Shown here: positions 43,849-55,101 of the stretch, in pieces
Numbering within the stretch: the first letter of the stretch is position 1
Layout of the letters: each line of letters starts with the position of its first letter
NCBI GenBank assembly: GCA_036390155.1
Contig: DASWCJ010000251.1
Span: 1 to 58,990 of the forward strand
Reading direction: 5' to 3'
DNA length: 58,990 nt
Source: Anaeromyxobacter sp.
GTDB lineage: Bacteria; Myxococcota; Myxococcia; Myxococcales; Anaeromyxobacteraceae
Translations under genes and position numbers: made by a program
The notes under the pieces: generated by a model
What the model was told of the DNA's origin: nothing
Database searches by the model: none
Seen by the model: only the letters and a program-made list of their open reading frames with translations

Positions 43849-45186
43849 ATGGCTGCGAGCGGGGCATTCAACATCTTCAAGATCCCGGAGCTGCGGAAGC
43901 GGCTCCTGTTCTCGCTCGGAATGCTCGCCGTCTACCGGCTCGGGATCTACGTCACGACGCCGGGCGTGGACCGCTTCGTCATGCGGCGCGTGGTCAGCTC
44001 CGGGAACCTGCTCGGGCTCCTCAACTTCTTCTCCGGCGGCGCGTTCGAGCAGCTCTCGATCTTCGCGCTCGGCATCATGCCGTACGTCTCCGCGTCCATC
44101 ATCCTCCAGCTCCTCACCGTGGTCGTCCCGACGCTCGAGAAGATGAACAAGGAGGGGGAGATCGGCCGGCGCAAGATCACCCAGTACACGCGCTACGGCA
44201 CCATCCTCCTCTCGGCGCTGCAGGGCTACGGCATCGCGACCTACCTCGAGTCGCTCCGCGACGCGGGCGGGCTCACCGTGGTCGCCGAGCCGGGCTGGAG
44301 CTTCCGGCTCATCACGATGCTCTCCCTCGCGGCCGGCACCGCCTTCATCATGTGGATGGGCGAGCAGATCACCGAGCGCGGGATCGGCAACGGAATCTCG
44401 CTCGTGATCTTCGCGGGCATCGTCGCCCGCGCCCCCGCCGCCGCCTACAACACCTGGCTCACCTCGCGCGCCCCCGGCTCCTCGGTGGAGCCGATCGGGA
44501 TGCTGGTCCTCGGCGCCATCATGATCGTGGTGATCGCGCTCATCGTCTTCGTCGAGCGCGGGCAGCGGCGCATCCCGGTCCAGTACGCGAAGCGGGTGGT
44601 CGGCCGGAAGCTCTACGGCGGCCAGTCCACGCACCTGCCGCTCAAGGTGAACACCGCGGGCGTCATCCCGCCGATCTTCGCGTCCTCGATGCTGCTCATC
44701 CCGGCGACGCTCGCGGGCTGGTTCCCGTTCCTCGCCCGCATCAACGACGCGGTCCGGCCGGGGTCGTGGATCTACAACGTCCTCTACGTCGTGATGATCG
44801 TCTTCTTCGCCTACTTCTACACGGCGGTGACCTTCAACCCCGTGGACGTGGCCGACAACCTCAAGAAGTACGGCGGCTACATCCCCGGGATCCGCCCCGG
44901 CAAGAAGACGGCCGACTACATCGACCACGTCCTCTCGCGCATCACCTTCGGCGGCGCGATCTACCTCTCGGCGATCTGCGTGCTGCCGACGATCATCACG
45001 AACGAGTTCAACGTCCAGTTCTACTTCGGCGGGACCTCGCTCCTCATCGTCGTCGGCGTGGCGCTCGACACCGTGCAGCAGATCGAGGGCCACCTCATCA
45101 CCCGCCACTACGAGGGCTTCAGCGGCCCGCGCGGCCCGCGCATCCGTGGGCGGCGGGTCCCGACCGGCCAGGTCGCGAACGCGTGA
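43849..45186 (+). CDS. secY: preprotein translocase subunit SecY
   Basis: [34 protein letters not shown]. Confidence 0.99.
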   Translation: MAASGAFNIFKIPELRKRLLFSLGMLAVYRLGIYVTTPGVDRFVMRRVVSSGNLLGLLNFFSGGAFEQLSIFALGIMPYVSASIILQLLTVVVPTLEKMNKEGEIGRRKITQYTRYGTILLSALQGYGIATYLESLRDAGGLTVVAEPGWSFRLITMLSLAAGTAFIMWMGEQITERGIGNGISLVIFAGIVARAPAAAYNTWLTSRAPGSSVEPIGMLVLGAIMIVVIALIVFVERGQRRIPVQYAKRVVGRKLYGGQSTHLPLKVNTAGVIPPIFASSMLLIPATLAGWFPFLARINDAVRPGSWIYNVLYVVMIVFFAYFYTAVTFNPVDVADNLKKYGGYIPGIRPGKKTADYIDHVLSRITFGGAIYLSAICVLPTIITNEFNVQFYFGGTSLLIVVGVALDTVQQIEGHLITRHYEGFSGPRGPRIRGRRVPTGQVANA

Positions 45187-45229
45187 CGCGGCGGGCCGCC
45201 TCGCGGCGGCTCGCGCGCTGGAGAGCGCC

Positions 45230-45874
45230 ATGATCCTGATCCTCCTGGGCCCGCCCGGTGCGGGCAAGGGCACGCAGGCGAAGCTCCTGTCCTCCGAGCT
45301 CAAGGTCCCCCACGTCTCCACCGGGGACATGTTCCGGGACCACAAGGCCCGCGGGACCCCGATCGGCAAGAAGGTCCAGGCGATCATGGACGCCGGCGGG
45401 CTCGTCACCGACGACATCACCAACGAGATGGTGAAGGACCGGCTCGCCCGCCCCGACGTCACGAAGGGCTTCATCCTCGACGGCTATCCCCGGACCGCGG
45501 CGCAGGCGCAGTACCTCGACCTGCTGCTCCACTCGATGGGGCGCTCGATCACCCGCTGCATCTCCTACGACGTCCCGGACGAGATCCTCGTCGAGCGGAT
45601 GAGCGGGCGGCGCTCCTGCCCGAGGTGCGGCGCCGTCTACCACGTCAGCCAGAACCCGCCGAAGCGCGACGGCTACTGCGACAAGGACGACGCCGGCCTC
45701 GTGCAGCGCGAGGACGACAAGCCGGAGACGGTCCGCAAGCGGCTCCAGGAGTACATGGTGAAGACCGAGCCGCTCCGGCGCTTCTACGAGACCCGCCACC
45801 TCCTCACGTCGATCGAGGGGGTCGGGACGCCCGAGGGGATCCTCGCGGCGACGAAGAAGGCGCTCGGGGCCTGA
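45230..45874 (+). CDS. adk: adenylate kinase
   Basis: GPPGAGKGTQA, STGDMFR, LDGYPR, Zn lid CPRC..CDKD. Confidence 0.98.
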   Translation: MILILLGPPGAGKGTQAKLLSSELKVPHVSTGDMFRDHKARGTPIGKKVQAIMDAGGLVTDDITNEMVKDRLARPDVTKGFILDGYPRTAAQAQYLDLLLHSMGRSITRCISYDVPDEILVERMSGRRSCPRCGAVYHVSQNPPKRDGYCDKDDAGLVQREDDKPETVRKRLQEYMVKTEPLRRFYETRHLLTSIEGVGTPEGILAATKKALGA

Positions 45875-45894
45875 GGCCCCCGGCGGCGGACCGG

Positions 45895-46686
45895 ATGGAC
45901 GCGAGCGCGCGCGAGCGGCCCGTCCTGCGCACGGCGGAGGACATCGCCGGCATCGCGCGGGCCTGCGCGATCGTCCACGAGGTGCTCGACGCGCTCGTGC
46001 GCGCGGCGGTCCCCGGCATCACCACCGCGGAGCTCGACCGGTGCGCCGCCGAGGCGGCGCGGGCGCGCGGCGCGGCGCCGGCGTTCCTCGGCTACCACGG
46101 CTACCCCGCGTCGCTCTGCATCTCGGTGAACGACGAGGTCGTCCACGGGATCCCCTCCGTCGAGCGGCGCCTCGCCGAGGGCGACGTCGTCGGGCTCGAC
46201 TTCGGCGTCGTCGCGGAGGGTTGGTACGGCGACGCGGCGCGCACCGTTCCGGTGGGCCGCGTCGCGCCCGCGGCCGCGCGGCTCCTCGAGGTGGGGGTGG
46301 AGGCGCTCCGGCGGGCCGTCGCCGCGGCGCAGCCGGGCGGGACCGTCGGGGACGTGGGCGCGGCGGTCCAGGGGTTCGTCGAGGGGCAGGGGTTCTCGGT
46401 CGTGCGCGACTTCGTGGGCCACGGCATCGGCCGGCGCCTGCACGAGCCGCCCCACGTCCCGAACTACGGCGCACCGGGGACGGGCGAGCGGCTGCGCCCC
46501 GGCATGGTGCTCGCGCTCGAGCCGATGGTGAACGCGGGCGGCCCCGAGGTGGAGCAGCTCGATGACGGCTGGACCGCGGTCACCATGGATGGTTCGCTCT
46601 CCGCCCACTTCGAGCACACCGTGGCGGTCACCGAAAACGGCCCTGTCGTCCTGGGGTTGGGCGAGGAGGCGCTTGCCTGGCCCTGA
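45895..46686 (+). CDS. map: type I methionine aminopeptidase
   Basis: CISVNDEVVHGIP, GHGIG, HEPP, EPM, SAHFEHT. Confidence 0.97.
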   Translation: MDASARERPVLRTAEDIAGIARACAIVHEVLDALVRAAVPGITTAELDRCAAEAARARGAAPAFLGYHGYPASLCISVNDEVVHGIPSVERRLAEGDVVGLDFGVVAEGWYGDAARTVPVGRVAPAAARLLEVGVEALRRAVAAAQPGGTVGDVGAAVQGFVEGQGFSVVRDFVGHGIGRRLHEPPHVPNYGAPGTGERLRPGMVLALEPMVNAGGPEVEQLDDGWTAVTMDGSLSAHFEHTVAVTENGPVVLGLGEEALAWP

Positions 46687-46736
46687 CCGGGGCGGCCGCC
46701 GCGGGAAAGCGGCCCGCGCGGCGCAAGCGTTCCGAC

Positions 46737-46765
46737 TTGCACGGTAAAATCACGCATGCTATAGG
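46737..46765 (+). promoter_or_regulatory. promoter of the rpmJ-alpha operon
   Basis: TTGCAC, 17 nt spacer, TATAGG preceded by extended-10 TG. Confidence 0.65.
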
Positions 46766-46777
46766 GCCCGCTTCGCG

Positions 46778-46885
46778 AGCCGCTCGAACGGAGGGCGGCC
46801 GTCTCGGGGAAATCCCGGAGAATACGAGCGGCTAGGACGAGTTCGGGTCCTCGCCGTCGACCCGCCGAAGCGTGGCGGGGTTTTT
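46778..46885 (+). promoter_or_regulatory. structured 5' leader ending in a terminator-like hairpin
   Basis: AGCCGCTCG/CGAGCGGCT 9-bp stem; CCCGCC/GGCGGG stem followed by GTTTTT at 46861-46885. Confidence 0.55.
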
Positions 46886-46913
46886 CGTCTCAGGAAGCCG
46901 CATCGGAGGCGCC

Positions 46914-47030
46914 ATGAAGGTTCGCGCGTCGGTCAAGAAGATTTGCGACAAGTGCAAGGTCATCAAGCGGAAGGGAACCGTGCGGATCATCTGCCCGGCG
47001 AACCCGCGCCACAAGCAGCGCCAGGGCTAG
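46914..47030 (+). CDS. rpmJ: 50S ribosomal protein L36 (Zn-binding type; below the ORF-track cutoff)
   Basis: [45 protein letters not shown]. Confidence 0.98.
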   Translation: MKVRASVKKICDKCKVIKRKGTVRIICPANPRHKQRQG

Positions 47031-47053
47031 CTGCCCGTACCCGGAGAATCTGA

Positions 47054-47446
<393 letters not shown>

Positions 47447-47479
47447 TCCCAGAACCCGAACCAGACCGGAGACGCACGA

Positions 47480-47992
47480 GTGGCTGACGAGAAGCAGACG
47501 AAGGAGCCGGCGAAGAAGCCCGAGGAGCCGGCGAAGCCCAAGGTGGAGGAGAGCACCGCTCCCGCGGCGCCGAACCTCACCGGCATCGAGCCCATCACCG
47601 CCTCGCCCGTCACCCCGAAGAAGGGGAAGAAGCGGGTGAAGAAGAACGTCGCGGCGGGCATCGTGCACATCGCCTCGACCTTCAACAACACGATGATCAC
47701 GATCACCGACCAGGTCGGGAACGTGATCGCGTGGTCGAGCGCGGGGGCCCGTGGCTTCAAGGGCTCGCGCAAGTCCACGCCGTTCGCCGCGCAGGTGGCG
47801 GCCGGCGACGCCGCGGCGAAGGCGATGGAGCACGGCCTCAAGTCGGTCAGCGTCGTGGTGAAGGGCCCCGGCGCCGGCCGCGAGTCGGCGCTGCGCGCGC
47901 TGTACGCCGCCGGCCTCAAGATCTCGTTGATCCGCGACGTCACGCCGATCCCGCACAACGGCTGCCGGCCCCCGAAGCGCCGCCGGGTCTGA
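47480..47992 (+). CDS. rpsK: 30S ribosomal protein S11 with N-terminal extension
   Basis: [32 protein letters not shown]. Confidence 0.98.
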   Translation: MADEKQTKEPAKKPEEPAKPKVEESTAPAAPNLTGIEPITASPVTPKKGKKRVKKNVAAGIVHIASTFNNTMITITDQVGNVIAWSSAGARGFKGSRKSTPFAAQVAAGDAAAKAMEHGLKSVSVVVKGPGAGRESALRALYAAGLKISLIRDVTPIPHNGCRPPKRRRV

Positions 47993-48015
47993 TCACCTCT
48001 CAGGAGCGAAACCAC

Positions 48016-48642
48016 GTGGCTCGTTACAACGAAAGCGTCTGCCGGCTCTGCCGCCGCGAGAACCTCAAGATGTATCTGAAGGGGGATCGCTGCTACACGG
48101 ACAAGTGCGCCATCGAGCGCCGACCGTATCCCCCGGGCCAGCACGGCCAGGGCCGGACCAAGTTCTCCGAGTACGGCGTCCAGCTGCGTGAGAAGCAGAA
48201 GGTGAAGCGGATGTACGGCCTCCTCGAGGCCGGGTTCCGTCACGCCTACCAGAACGCCGCCGCCGCGAAGGGCAAGACCGGCGAGAACCTCCTCCAGAAG
48301 CTCGAGCTCCGGCTCGACAACGTCGTCTTCCGGCTCGGCTTCGCCGACACCCGGAACGAGGCGCGGCAGCTCGTTCGCCACGGCCACTTCAAGGTGAACG
48401 GCCGCAAGGTGAACATCGCGAGCTACAGCTGCCGGCCCGGCGACATCGTCGAGATCAAGGAGCGCTCGAAGAAGGTCGTCCGGATCGGCGAGGCGCTCGA
48501 GGCGGTGGACCGCCGCGGCGTCCCGGCCTGGCTCGACCTCGACAAGGGCGGCTTCAAGGGGACCGTGAAGACCACGCCGGCACGCGAGGACATCACGATG
48601 CCCATCCAGGAACAGCTCATCGTCGAGCTCTACTCGAAGTAG
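48016..48642 (+). CDS. rpsD: 30S ribosomal protein S4
   Basis: [34 protein letters not shown]. Confidence 0.99.
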   Translation: MARYNESVCRLCRRENLKMYLKGDRCYTDKCAIERRPYPPGQHGQGRTKFSEYGVQLREKQKVKRMYGLLEAGFRHAYQNAAAAKGKTGENLLQKLELRLDNVVFRLGFADTRNEARQLVRHGHFKVNGRKVNIASYSCRPGDIVEIKERSKKVVRIGEALEAVDRRGVPAWLDLDKGGFKGTVKTTPAREDITMPIQEQLIVELYSK

Positions 48643-48807
48643 CGTTTCGCCCTCGGGCGATCCCGCGAGCGGGAGCGCCGAGGGTTCACGTCGGGAGCGG
48701 GCCGGCCCGTGCCGGTCCGCGCCCTTCACGGGCCGCGCGTTCCACGGTGCCCCTCGCCGGTCGGCTGGCCGGTCGCGGGGAGGGGACGGCGGTCGAGGAG
48801 GACAGCC

Positions 48808-49827
48808 ATGGTGGATCCGATCGTCACGAAGAACTGGCGCGACCTCATCAAGCCCCGCGGGCTCACGGTCGACCAGGAGTCGCTCTCCAACACCTACGGG
48901 AAGTTCGTCGCCGAGCCGCTCGAGCGCGGCTTCGGGATCACCCTCGGGAACTCGCTCCGGCGCGTGCTGCTCTCGTCGCTGCAGGGCGCCGCGATCACCT
49001 CGGTGAAGATCGAGGGGGTCGAGCACGAGTTCATGACCATCCCCGAGGTCGCCGAGGACGTCACCGACATCATCCTCAACCTCAAGGAGGTCCTCCTCCA
49101 GATCCACACCAACGAGGTGAAGACGATCCGGATCGAGGCGGACGGCCCCCGCGAGATCAAGGCGGGCGACATCATCGCCGACGGGCAGGTCGAGGTGCTG
49201 AACCCCGGCCACCACATCCTCACCATCAGCGAGGGCGGCCGGGTCCGGATCGAGATGACGGCGCGGCGCGGCCGCGGCTACGTCCCGGCGGAGAAGAACA
49301 AGGTCGCCGGGCAGCCCATCGGCACCATCCCGATCGACGCGCTCTTCAGCCCGATCCGGAAGGTGAACTACCAGGTCACCAACGCCCGCGTCGGCCAGCA
49401 GACCGACTACGACAAGCTCACGCTCGAGCTCTGGACCGACGGCTCGGTCGCGCCGAACGACGCGGTCGCCTACGCGGCCAAGATCGTGAAGGAGCAGCTC
49501 TCGATCTTCATCAACTTCGACGAGGCCGAGGAGCCCGCCGAGGAGGTGAAGCCGGTCGAGGAGCAGAAGCTGAACGAGAACCTCTTCCGTTCGGTGGACG
49601 AGCTCGAGCTCTCGGTCCGCAGCGCGAACTGCCTGCAGAACGCGAACATCAAGACGATCGGCGACCTCGTGCAGAAGACCGAGGCCGAGATGCTGAAGAC
49701 GAAGAACTTCGGCCGCAAGTCGCTGAAGGAGATCAAGGAGATCCTGGCGGAGATGGGCCTCTCGCTCGGGATGAAGCTCGAGAACTGGCCGCCCAAGACC
49801 GCGCCGCAGGGCGCGCCCAAGGTCTAG
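48808..49827 (+). CDS. rpoA: RNA polymerase alpha subunit
   Basis: [38 protein letters not shown]. Confidence 0.99.
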   Translation: MVDPIVTKNWRDLIKPRGLTVDQESLSNTYGKFVAEPLERGFGITLGNSLRRVLLSSLQGAAITSVKIEGVEHEFMTIPEVAEDVTDIILNLKEVLLQIHTNEVKTIRIEADGPREIKAGDIIADGQVEVLNPGHHILTISEGGRVRIEMTARRGRGYVPAEKNKVAGQPIGTIPIDALFSPIRKVNYQVTNARVGQQTDYDKLTLELWTDGSVAPNDAVAYAAKIVKEQLSIFINFDEAEEPAEEVKPVEEQKLNENLFRSVDELELSVRSANCLQNANIKTIGDLVQKTEAEMLKTKNFGRKSLKEIKEILAEMGLSLGMKLENWPPKTAPQGAPKV

Positions 49828-49854
49828 TCCCCGGACCGAGAAGGAGAGCACGAG

Positions 49855-50376
49855 ATGAAGCACCGCGTCGTCGGCCGGCGCCTCGACCGCACCACCGAGC
49901 ACCGCACGGCCATGTTCCGAAACCTGGTGACGTCGCTCCTCCGCCACGAGCGGATCACGACCACCACCCCGAAGGCGAAGGAGCTGAAGCGCTTCGCCGA
50001 CAAGATCATCACCCTCGCGAAGCGGGCCACCCCGCACGCGCGGCGCATCGCGAACCGCGACGTCCGCGACGTCGAGGTGCTGAACAAGCTGTTCGGCGCG
50101 ATCGCCGATCGGTACAAGACCCGGCCCGGCGGCTACACGCGGCTCATCCACGTGGGCCGGCGCGTGGGCGACAACGCCGAGCTCTCCGTGATCGAGCTCG
50201 TCGACCGCGCCGCCGCGGCGGCGCCGGAGGCGGACGCCGACGCGAAGGCCGCGAAGGCGCCCAAGGCGGCGAAGCCCAAGGCGGAGAAGAAGCCGAAGGC
50301 CGAGAAGGCCGAGAAGGCCGAGGCGTCGGAGAAGGCCGAGAAGGCCGAGAAGCCGGCCAAGAAGGCGAAGAAGTAG
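49855..50376 (+). CDS. rplQ: 50S ribosomal protein L17 with Lys/Ala/Glu-rich tail
   Basis: [23 protein letters not shown]. Confidence 0.98.
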   Translation: MKHRVVGRRLDRTTEHRTAMFRNLVTSLLRHERITTTTPKAKELKRFADKIITLAKRATPHARRIANRDVRDVEVLNKLFGAIADRYKTRPGGYTRLIHVGRRVGDNAELSVIELVDRAAAAAPEADADAKAAKAPKAAKPKAEKKPKAEKAEKAEASEKAEKAEKPAKKAKK

Positions 50377-50450
50377 CCGCGCTCGCGCGCGCACCCCGGG
50401 AGGCCGCGTGGTCCGTCCGCGCGGCCTCCTCGCGTTTCCGCCGCGCCGGG

Positions 50451-51926
50451 TCAGGGCGCGCGGGCCGGCTCGTTCCTCGGGACGGGGCGCTGGGCCGCGC
50501 GGAGGAAGCGCAGGATCCGGAGCCCCTCCGCCGCGCCGGGCACGTCGGGGCTGAGGCGCAAGACCTCCTCGTACTCGACGATCGCCTCGTCGTACCGCCC
50601 GGCCTCCCAGAGCGCCTTCCCGTACGAGAGGCGCGCGCCCGGGAGGTTCGGCTTCTCTCGCGCGAGCGCCGCGAAGAAGTCGGTCTCGTGCGCCCAGTCC
50701 CGGTTCCGGGCGAGCGTCCGGACCGCGAGGAGACCGAGCGCGCACACCCCCGCGGCGACGAGCGCCCGCGCGGCCGGCCGCGGGCGCGCCCAGCTCGTCC
50801 GCCGCGCGGCGTCGATCGCGAGCGCCGCGCCGAGCGAGATGCCGATTGACGCGAGGTAGAGGAACCGCTCCGCCATGAGCCACTCGAAGTGGATCAGGTG
50901 AGAGTACGGCAACAGCGCGAGGGGTACCCAGGCCAGCGCGAACGCCGCGAGATGGCGCCTCGTCCGGAACAGCGCGACGATCGCGACGAGGACCGCGAGG
51001 TTCACGGCCACCGCGGCGAGGAACGACGGCTCGAGGAGCGTCTCGGGGAGGGGGACGTCGACCTGATCGTAGTGGGCGCTCAGCTTCACGGGGAAGAGCA
51101 GCAGGCCCCAGTACCTCGCGAACACCTTCACCATGGTGAGGAAGATCTCGGGCGCGGTGCTCCCCGCGAAGAACGTGCCCACCCCGCTGCCCCGGTCCTC
51201 GACGCCCACCACCGTCCAGCGGACCCCCAGGTACGCGAGGCACGCGACCACGTACGGCAGGCAGGACAGGAGGCGCGATCGCAGGCGGGCCACCGTCGCT
51301 CCGTCCGCCGCCGCGAGGGTGAGCTCGAGGCACACGACGATCGCGACGAAGGCGATCGCCGACTCCTTCGAGAGCAGCGCCAGGACGAAGCACGCGACCG
51401 CCGCCGCGAGGAGGGAGGGCGAGCCGTCGCGGCGCTGACGGAGGTGGAGGAGCGCCGCCGCGAGAACGCCGAGGCTGGCGAGGAGCTCGGCGCGCCCGGT
51501 GATCCAGACGACCGCCTCGACGTGGACGGGATGGACCGCGAAGAGGAGCCCCGCGGCGAGCGCCGCGCCGCCCGACACCCCCAGCGCGGCGCAGAGGAGG
51601 TAGACGAGGCAGGTGCTCGCCGCGTGCAGCGCGACGTTGACGACGCGGAACGCCGCGGGATCCGCCCCGGCGATCTGGTAGTTGAGGAGGAAGGTCGCGA
51701 CGGTCAGCGGCCGGTAGTTGGCGGGGACCCGCTCTCCGGGCCTCCCGAGATCCCAGTACGAGGTCGTCGCGAGCTTCGGGAGGTTCCCGAGGTCCCGGAT
51801 GACGGGGTTGTCCTTGATGAGATCGACGTCGTCCCAGACGAAGTCGTTGCCGATCGAGTTCGCGTACACCGCGCACGCGGCCGTCAGCAGCAGGGCGAGG
51901 TGGGCGATCCGGGTTCGCTTCGTCAT
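50451..51926 (-). CDS. TMTC-like multi-pass GT-C glycosyltransferase with C-terminal TPR
   Basis: FVWDD, YRPL, LFAVHPVHVEAV..GRAELL, LLSKES, AERFLY motifs; many TM segments. Confidence 0.78.
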   Translation of the reverse strand: MTKRTRIAHLALLLTAACAVYANSIGNDFVWDDVDLIKDNPVIRDLGNLPKLATTSYWDLGRPGERVPANYRPLTVATFLLNYQIAGADPAAFRVVNVALHAASTCLVYLLCAALGVSGGAALAAGLLFAVHPVHVEAVVWITGRAELLASLGVLAAALLHLRQRRDGSPSLLAAAVACFVLALLSKESAIAFVAIVVCLELTLAAADGATVARLRSRLLSCLPYVVACLAYLGVRWTVVGVEDRGSGVGTFFAGSTAPEIFLTMVKVFARYWGLLLFPVKLSAHYDQVDVPLPETLLEPSFLAAVAVNLAVLVAIVALFRTRRHLAAFALAWVPLALLPYSHLIHFEWLMAERFLYLASIGISLGAALAIDAARRTSWARPRPAARALVAAGVCALGLLAVRTLARNRDWAHETDFFAALAREKPNLPGARLSYGKALWEAGRYDEAIVEYEEVLRLSPDVPGAAEGLRILRFLRAAQRPVPRNEPARAP

Positions 51927-52076
51927 CGCGTGGCGTGGCTCCTGCGGCGGCGCCCGCTCGGCCGCGCTCCGTGCCTGGCGGCGTCCGGGTCGACGGGCAG
52001 TCTTTCATGCGTCCCCCGGCCCCAACAAGGGCGCGCTTCCCGCTCGGTCGCCGCACTGGTAAGAATCGCGCCCTCG

Positions 52077-52658
52077 ATGCCGCCGCTCTACCAGGACCCG
52101 CTCTCCGCCGTCCCCGGCGCCTGGCGTTGGATCGATCTCGCCCGCGCGCTCGTCGAGGTCTCGACCGAGGCGTGGGCGATCGCGGTGATCGCGCTCGCGG
52201 TCTACTCGTTCCTCGAGGTCGAGGTGCGGGGGGTGCTGAAGGTGTTCCTCCCGCTCGCGGTCGCGCTCGGCGCGGCGACGCTCTTCGCCCTCGCGGCGCG
52301 GTCGGTCGGCGGGCTCCCGCACCCGGTCGAGGGGGCGGGGCTCGCCCTCGGCCCGCTGCTCCGGCGCGCCTTTCCGAGCGGGCAGGCGGCGGCGGTCGCG
52401 GTGTTCGCGACCTACAGCGCGCTCGTGTACGGCCGGCGGGCGATCGCCGCGGTGGTCCTGGCGGTGCTCGTCGGGCTCGCGCACGTGCTCGCCGGGCCGC
52501 ACTGGGGCGCGGGCCTCGCCGGCGGCGGCGTGCTCGGGGTGGCGCTCGGTGCGAGCGCCTGGGCGCTCACGATCCGCGCCGTCCCGGGCGGCCACGTCGC
52601 GACCCGCCGTCCCCGGAGGAGCCCCGGCGCCACGCCGACCGGCCCCGGTTCCCCTTGA
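52077..52658 (+). CDS. PAP2-like membrane protein with degenerate catalytic motifs
   Basis: FPSGQA in place of PSGH, AHVLAGPHW in place of SRxxxxxH; multiple TM segments. Confidence 0.65.
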   Translation: MPPLYQDPLSAVPGAWRWIDLARALVEVSTEAWAIAVIALAVYSFLEVEVRGVLKVFLPLAVALGAATLFALAARSVGGLPHPVEGAGLALGPLLRRAFPSGQAAAVAVFATYSALVYGRRAIAAVVLAVLVGLAHVLAGPHWGAGLAGGGVLGVALGASAWALTIRAVPGGHVATRRPRRSPGATPTGPGSP

Positions 52659-52683
52659 CTCCCGAGCTAAGTTAGCGTAAAGA
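52655..52683 (+). promoter_or_regulatory. rpsP operon promoter
   Basis: TTGACT, 17 nt spacer, TAAAGA in an AT-richer patch. Confidence 0.55.
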
Positions 52684-52761
52684 AACCCACTTTTTCGTGG
52701 GTCGCCCGTCGCTGCAGCGGCGGAAAAGCGCCCGCGTTTCGTGGCTTTAGGAGGCATCCAG

Positions 52762-53025
52762 ATGGCGGTGGTTCTTCGGCTTTCGCGCGCGGGCACGCAC
52801 AAGGCGCCCTTCTATCACGTGGTGGCGACCGACTCGCGCAAGCCCCGCGACGGCCGGTACATCGAGGACGTCGGCGTCTACGACCCGACGCTCACCCCCG
52901 AGAAGATCGAGCTCAAGACGGAGCGGATCGAGCACTGGATCAAGGCCGGCGCGAAGCCGTCCCAGACCGTGGCGATGATCCTGAAGCGGGCCAAGGCGGC
53001 GAAGCCCGCCGAGAAGAAGGGCTAG
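52762..53025 (+). CDS. rpsP: 30S ribosomal protein S16
   Basis: LRLSRAG, PFYHVVATDSR, RDGRYIE, GAKPS. Confidence 0.98.
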   Translation: MAVVLRLSRAGTHKAPFYHVVATDSRKPRDGRYIEDVGVYDPTLTPEKIELKTERIEHWIKAGAKPSQTVAMILKRAKAAKPAEKKG

Positions 53026-53031
53026 CGTCGC

Positions 53032-53262
53032 GTGCGCGACCTCGTCCACTGGCTCGCTCGCGAGCTCGTCGAGAAGCGGGACGCCGTCCGCGTGGAGGCG
53101 ATCGAGCGCGACCGCTCGACCGTCTTCGAGCTGACGGTGGACCCCGACGACCTCGGGCGCGTCATCGGACGGGGTGGCCGCACGGCCAAGGCGTTCCGGG
53201 CGGTGCTGGACGCGGCCGCGCGGCGGGAAGGACGCCGGGCGGTCCTCGACATCCTCGACTGA
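53032..53262 (+). CDS. khpA: KH-domain RNA-binding protein
   Basis: DLGRVIGRGGRTAKAFR; between rpsP and rimM. Confidence 0.88.
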   Translation: MRDLVHWLARELVEKRDAVRVEAIERDRSTVFELTVDPDDLGRVIGRGGRTAKAFRAVLDAAARREGRRAVLDILD

Positions 53263-53266
53263 TCCC

Positions 53267-53758
53267 TTGGCCCTCGTCCGCATCGGGAAGGTGGCCCGCG
53301 CGGTCGGGCTGAAGGGCTTCCTCGGGGTGGCAGGGTCGGACGGTGCGCTCGGGGAGCTCGAGGCGATCCTGCTCCGGCAGGGGACCGGCGAGCCGGAGCG
53401 GCGGCGAATCGAGGAGGCGCGGCCGCAGGGGCGCGTCTGGGCCGTGAAGCTGGAGGGCGTCTCCGACCGCACGGCGGCGGAGCGGCTCGTCGGGGCGGAG
53501 GTGCTGGCGCCGCGCGACGAGCTGGCCGAGCCTGGCGAGGGCCAGCTGCTGTGGGTGGACCTCGAGGGCCTCGAGGTGGTGACCGCGGCGGGTGCGGTGG
53601 TGGGGCGGGTGACGGGGCTGTACGAGACGGGCGCGGTGGACGTGCTCGTGGTGACGGGGCCCGGCGGCGAGAAGCTCGTGCCGCTCGCGCCGTACGTCAC
53701 GGTGGAGAAGGAGGCGGGCCGGATCGTGGTGGACCCGCCGGACGGATTGCTGGACTGA
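53267..53758 (+). CDS. rimM: ribosome maturation factor RimM
   Basis: [39 protein letters not shown] start inferred. Confidence 0.92.
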   Translation: MALVRIGKVARAVGLKGFLGVAGSDGALGELEAILLRQGTGEPERRRIEEARPQGRVWAVKLEGVSDRTAAERLVGAEVLAPRDELAEPGEGQLLWVDLEGLEVVTAAGAVVGRVTGLYETGAVDVLVVTGPGGEKLVPLAPYVTVEKEAGRIVVDPPDGLLD

Positions 53759-53798
53759 AGTGGAAGCGACGGAAGGAGGCCGCGAGGAGGACGAGGAC

Positions 53799-54542
53799 GT
53801 GGCGAAGTTCGAGGTCGAGATCCTGACGCTGTTCCCGCGGATGTGCGAGGCCTACCTCGCGGAGTCCATCCTGGGGAAGGCGAGGGACAGCGGCCTCGTG
53901 GCGGCGCGGGTGACCGACGTGCGCGACTTCGCCCCGGGCAAGCACCACGTCACCGACGACGCCCCCTATGGTGGCGGCGCCGGCATGGTGATGAAGCCCG
54001 AGCCGCTCGTGGACGCCGTCGAGGCGGCGCGCGCGAGGCTCCCGGGCGCGACGGTGGTGCTGACCAGCCCGCGGGGCGTCCGGTTCGACCAGGCGCAGGC
54101 GCGCCGCTTCGCGGAGCAGGGTAGGGTGATCCTCGTTTGCGGCAGGTACGAGGGAGTGGACGAGCGGGTGATGACGGCGGTGGACATGGAGGTCTCGATC
54201 GGGGACTTCGTCCTGACGGGCGGCGAGCTCGCGGCGCTCTGCGTCGCCGACGCGGCGGCGCGGCTCGTCCCGGGCGTCCTCGGCAACGAGGCGTCCGTCC
54301 TCGCCGAGAGCTTCGCGGGTGACGAGGTCCTCCTCGAGCACCCGCACTACACGAGGCCCCCCGAGTTCCGGGGGACAAAGGTTCCGGAGGTCCTGCTGTC
54401 CGGGGATCACCGGCGGATCGAGCGGTGGCGGCGGCGCGAGTCGCTGCGCGCCACCCGCGAGCGGAGGCCGGACCTCTGGGAGAGGTTCCGGCCGTCCGCG
54501 GACGACCTCCGGCTCATCGATGCCGGAGACGACGAGCTGTAA
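53799..54542 (+). CDS. trmD: tRNA (guanine37-N1)-methyltransferase
   Basis: [41 protein letters not shown]. Confidence 0.98.
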   Translation: MAKFEVEILTLFPRMCEAYLAESILGKARDSGLVAARVTDVRDFAPGKHHVTDDAPYGGGAGMVMKPEPLVDAVEAARARLPGATVVLTSPRGVRFDQAQARRFAEQGRVILVCGRYEGVDERVMTAVDMEVSIGDFVLTGGELAALCVADAAARLVPGVLGNEASVLAESFAGDEVLLEHPHYTRPPEFRGTKVPEVLLSGDHRRIERWRRRESLRATRERRPDLWERFRPSADDLRLIDAGDDEL

Positions 54543-54556
54543 GGGAGAAGAACGAC

Positions 54557-54949
54557 ATGCTGCGCAAGGCGATTGCCGAGATTCAGGCGAAGTACGTTCG
54601 CAAGGACGTCCCGGAGATGCGGGCGGGCGACAGCGTCCGCGTCCACACGAAGATCAAGGAAGGCGACAAGGAGCGCGTCCAGGTTTACGAGGGCGTGGTG
54701 ATCGCCTACCGGAAGGGCGCCCCGGGGAGCTCGATGTTCACCGTGCGGAAGGTGAGCTACGGCGTGGGCGTCGAGCGCATGTTCCCGGTCCACAGCCCGC
54801 GGATCGAAAAGATCGAGGTCCTGGGCCACGGCGAGGTTCGTCGCTCGCGCCTCTACTACCTGCGCGCGCTGCAGGGCAAGGCCGCCCGCCTCCACCAGGA
54901 GGCGGGTCCCGGCCCGGTCGAGAGCGCGGCGCAGCCGACTCCCGCGTAG
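54557..54949 (+). CDS. rplS: 50S ribosomal protein L19
   Basis: [31 protein letters not shown]. Confidence 0.98.
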   Translation: MLRKAIAEIQAKYVRKDVPEMRAGDSVRVHTKIKEGDKERVQVYEGVVIAYRKGAPGSSMFTVRKVSYGVGVERMFPVHSPRIEKIEVLGHGEVRRSRLYYLRALQGKAARLHQEAGPGPVESAAQPTPA

Positions 54950-54957
54950 TCCCGCAC

Positions 54958-55070
54958 CTGGTCCTGATCCTGGACGTGGTCCGGTCCTGGACTTCGACTT
55001 CGACCTGCCCAACGGTCGACGACGACGTCCAGGTCCAAGTCCAGGTCCAGGCCCAAGTCCAGGTCCAAGT
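54958..55070. repeat. hexamer-repeat hairpin element, copy 3
   Basis: Degenerate CTGGAC-type left arm, TCGACC/GGTCGA core, RGTCCA-type right arm ending in GTCCAAGT. Confidence 0.85.
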
Positions 55071-55101
55071 TTGGCCCGCGGTCGGGTAGGATCGTGTCCG
55101 C

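Noticed and set aside
48643..48807. GC-rich hairpins in the rpsD-rpoA spacer as an ncRNA
   Set aside because: Short stems are expected at this GC content; no promoter, U-tract or recognisable motif.
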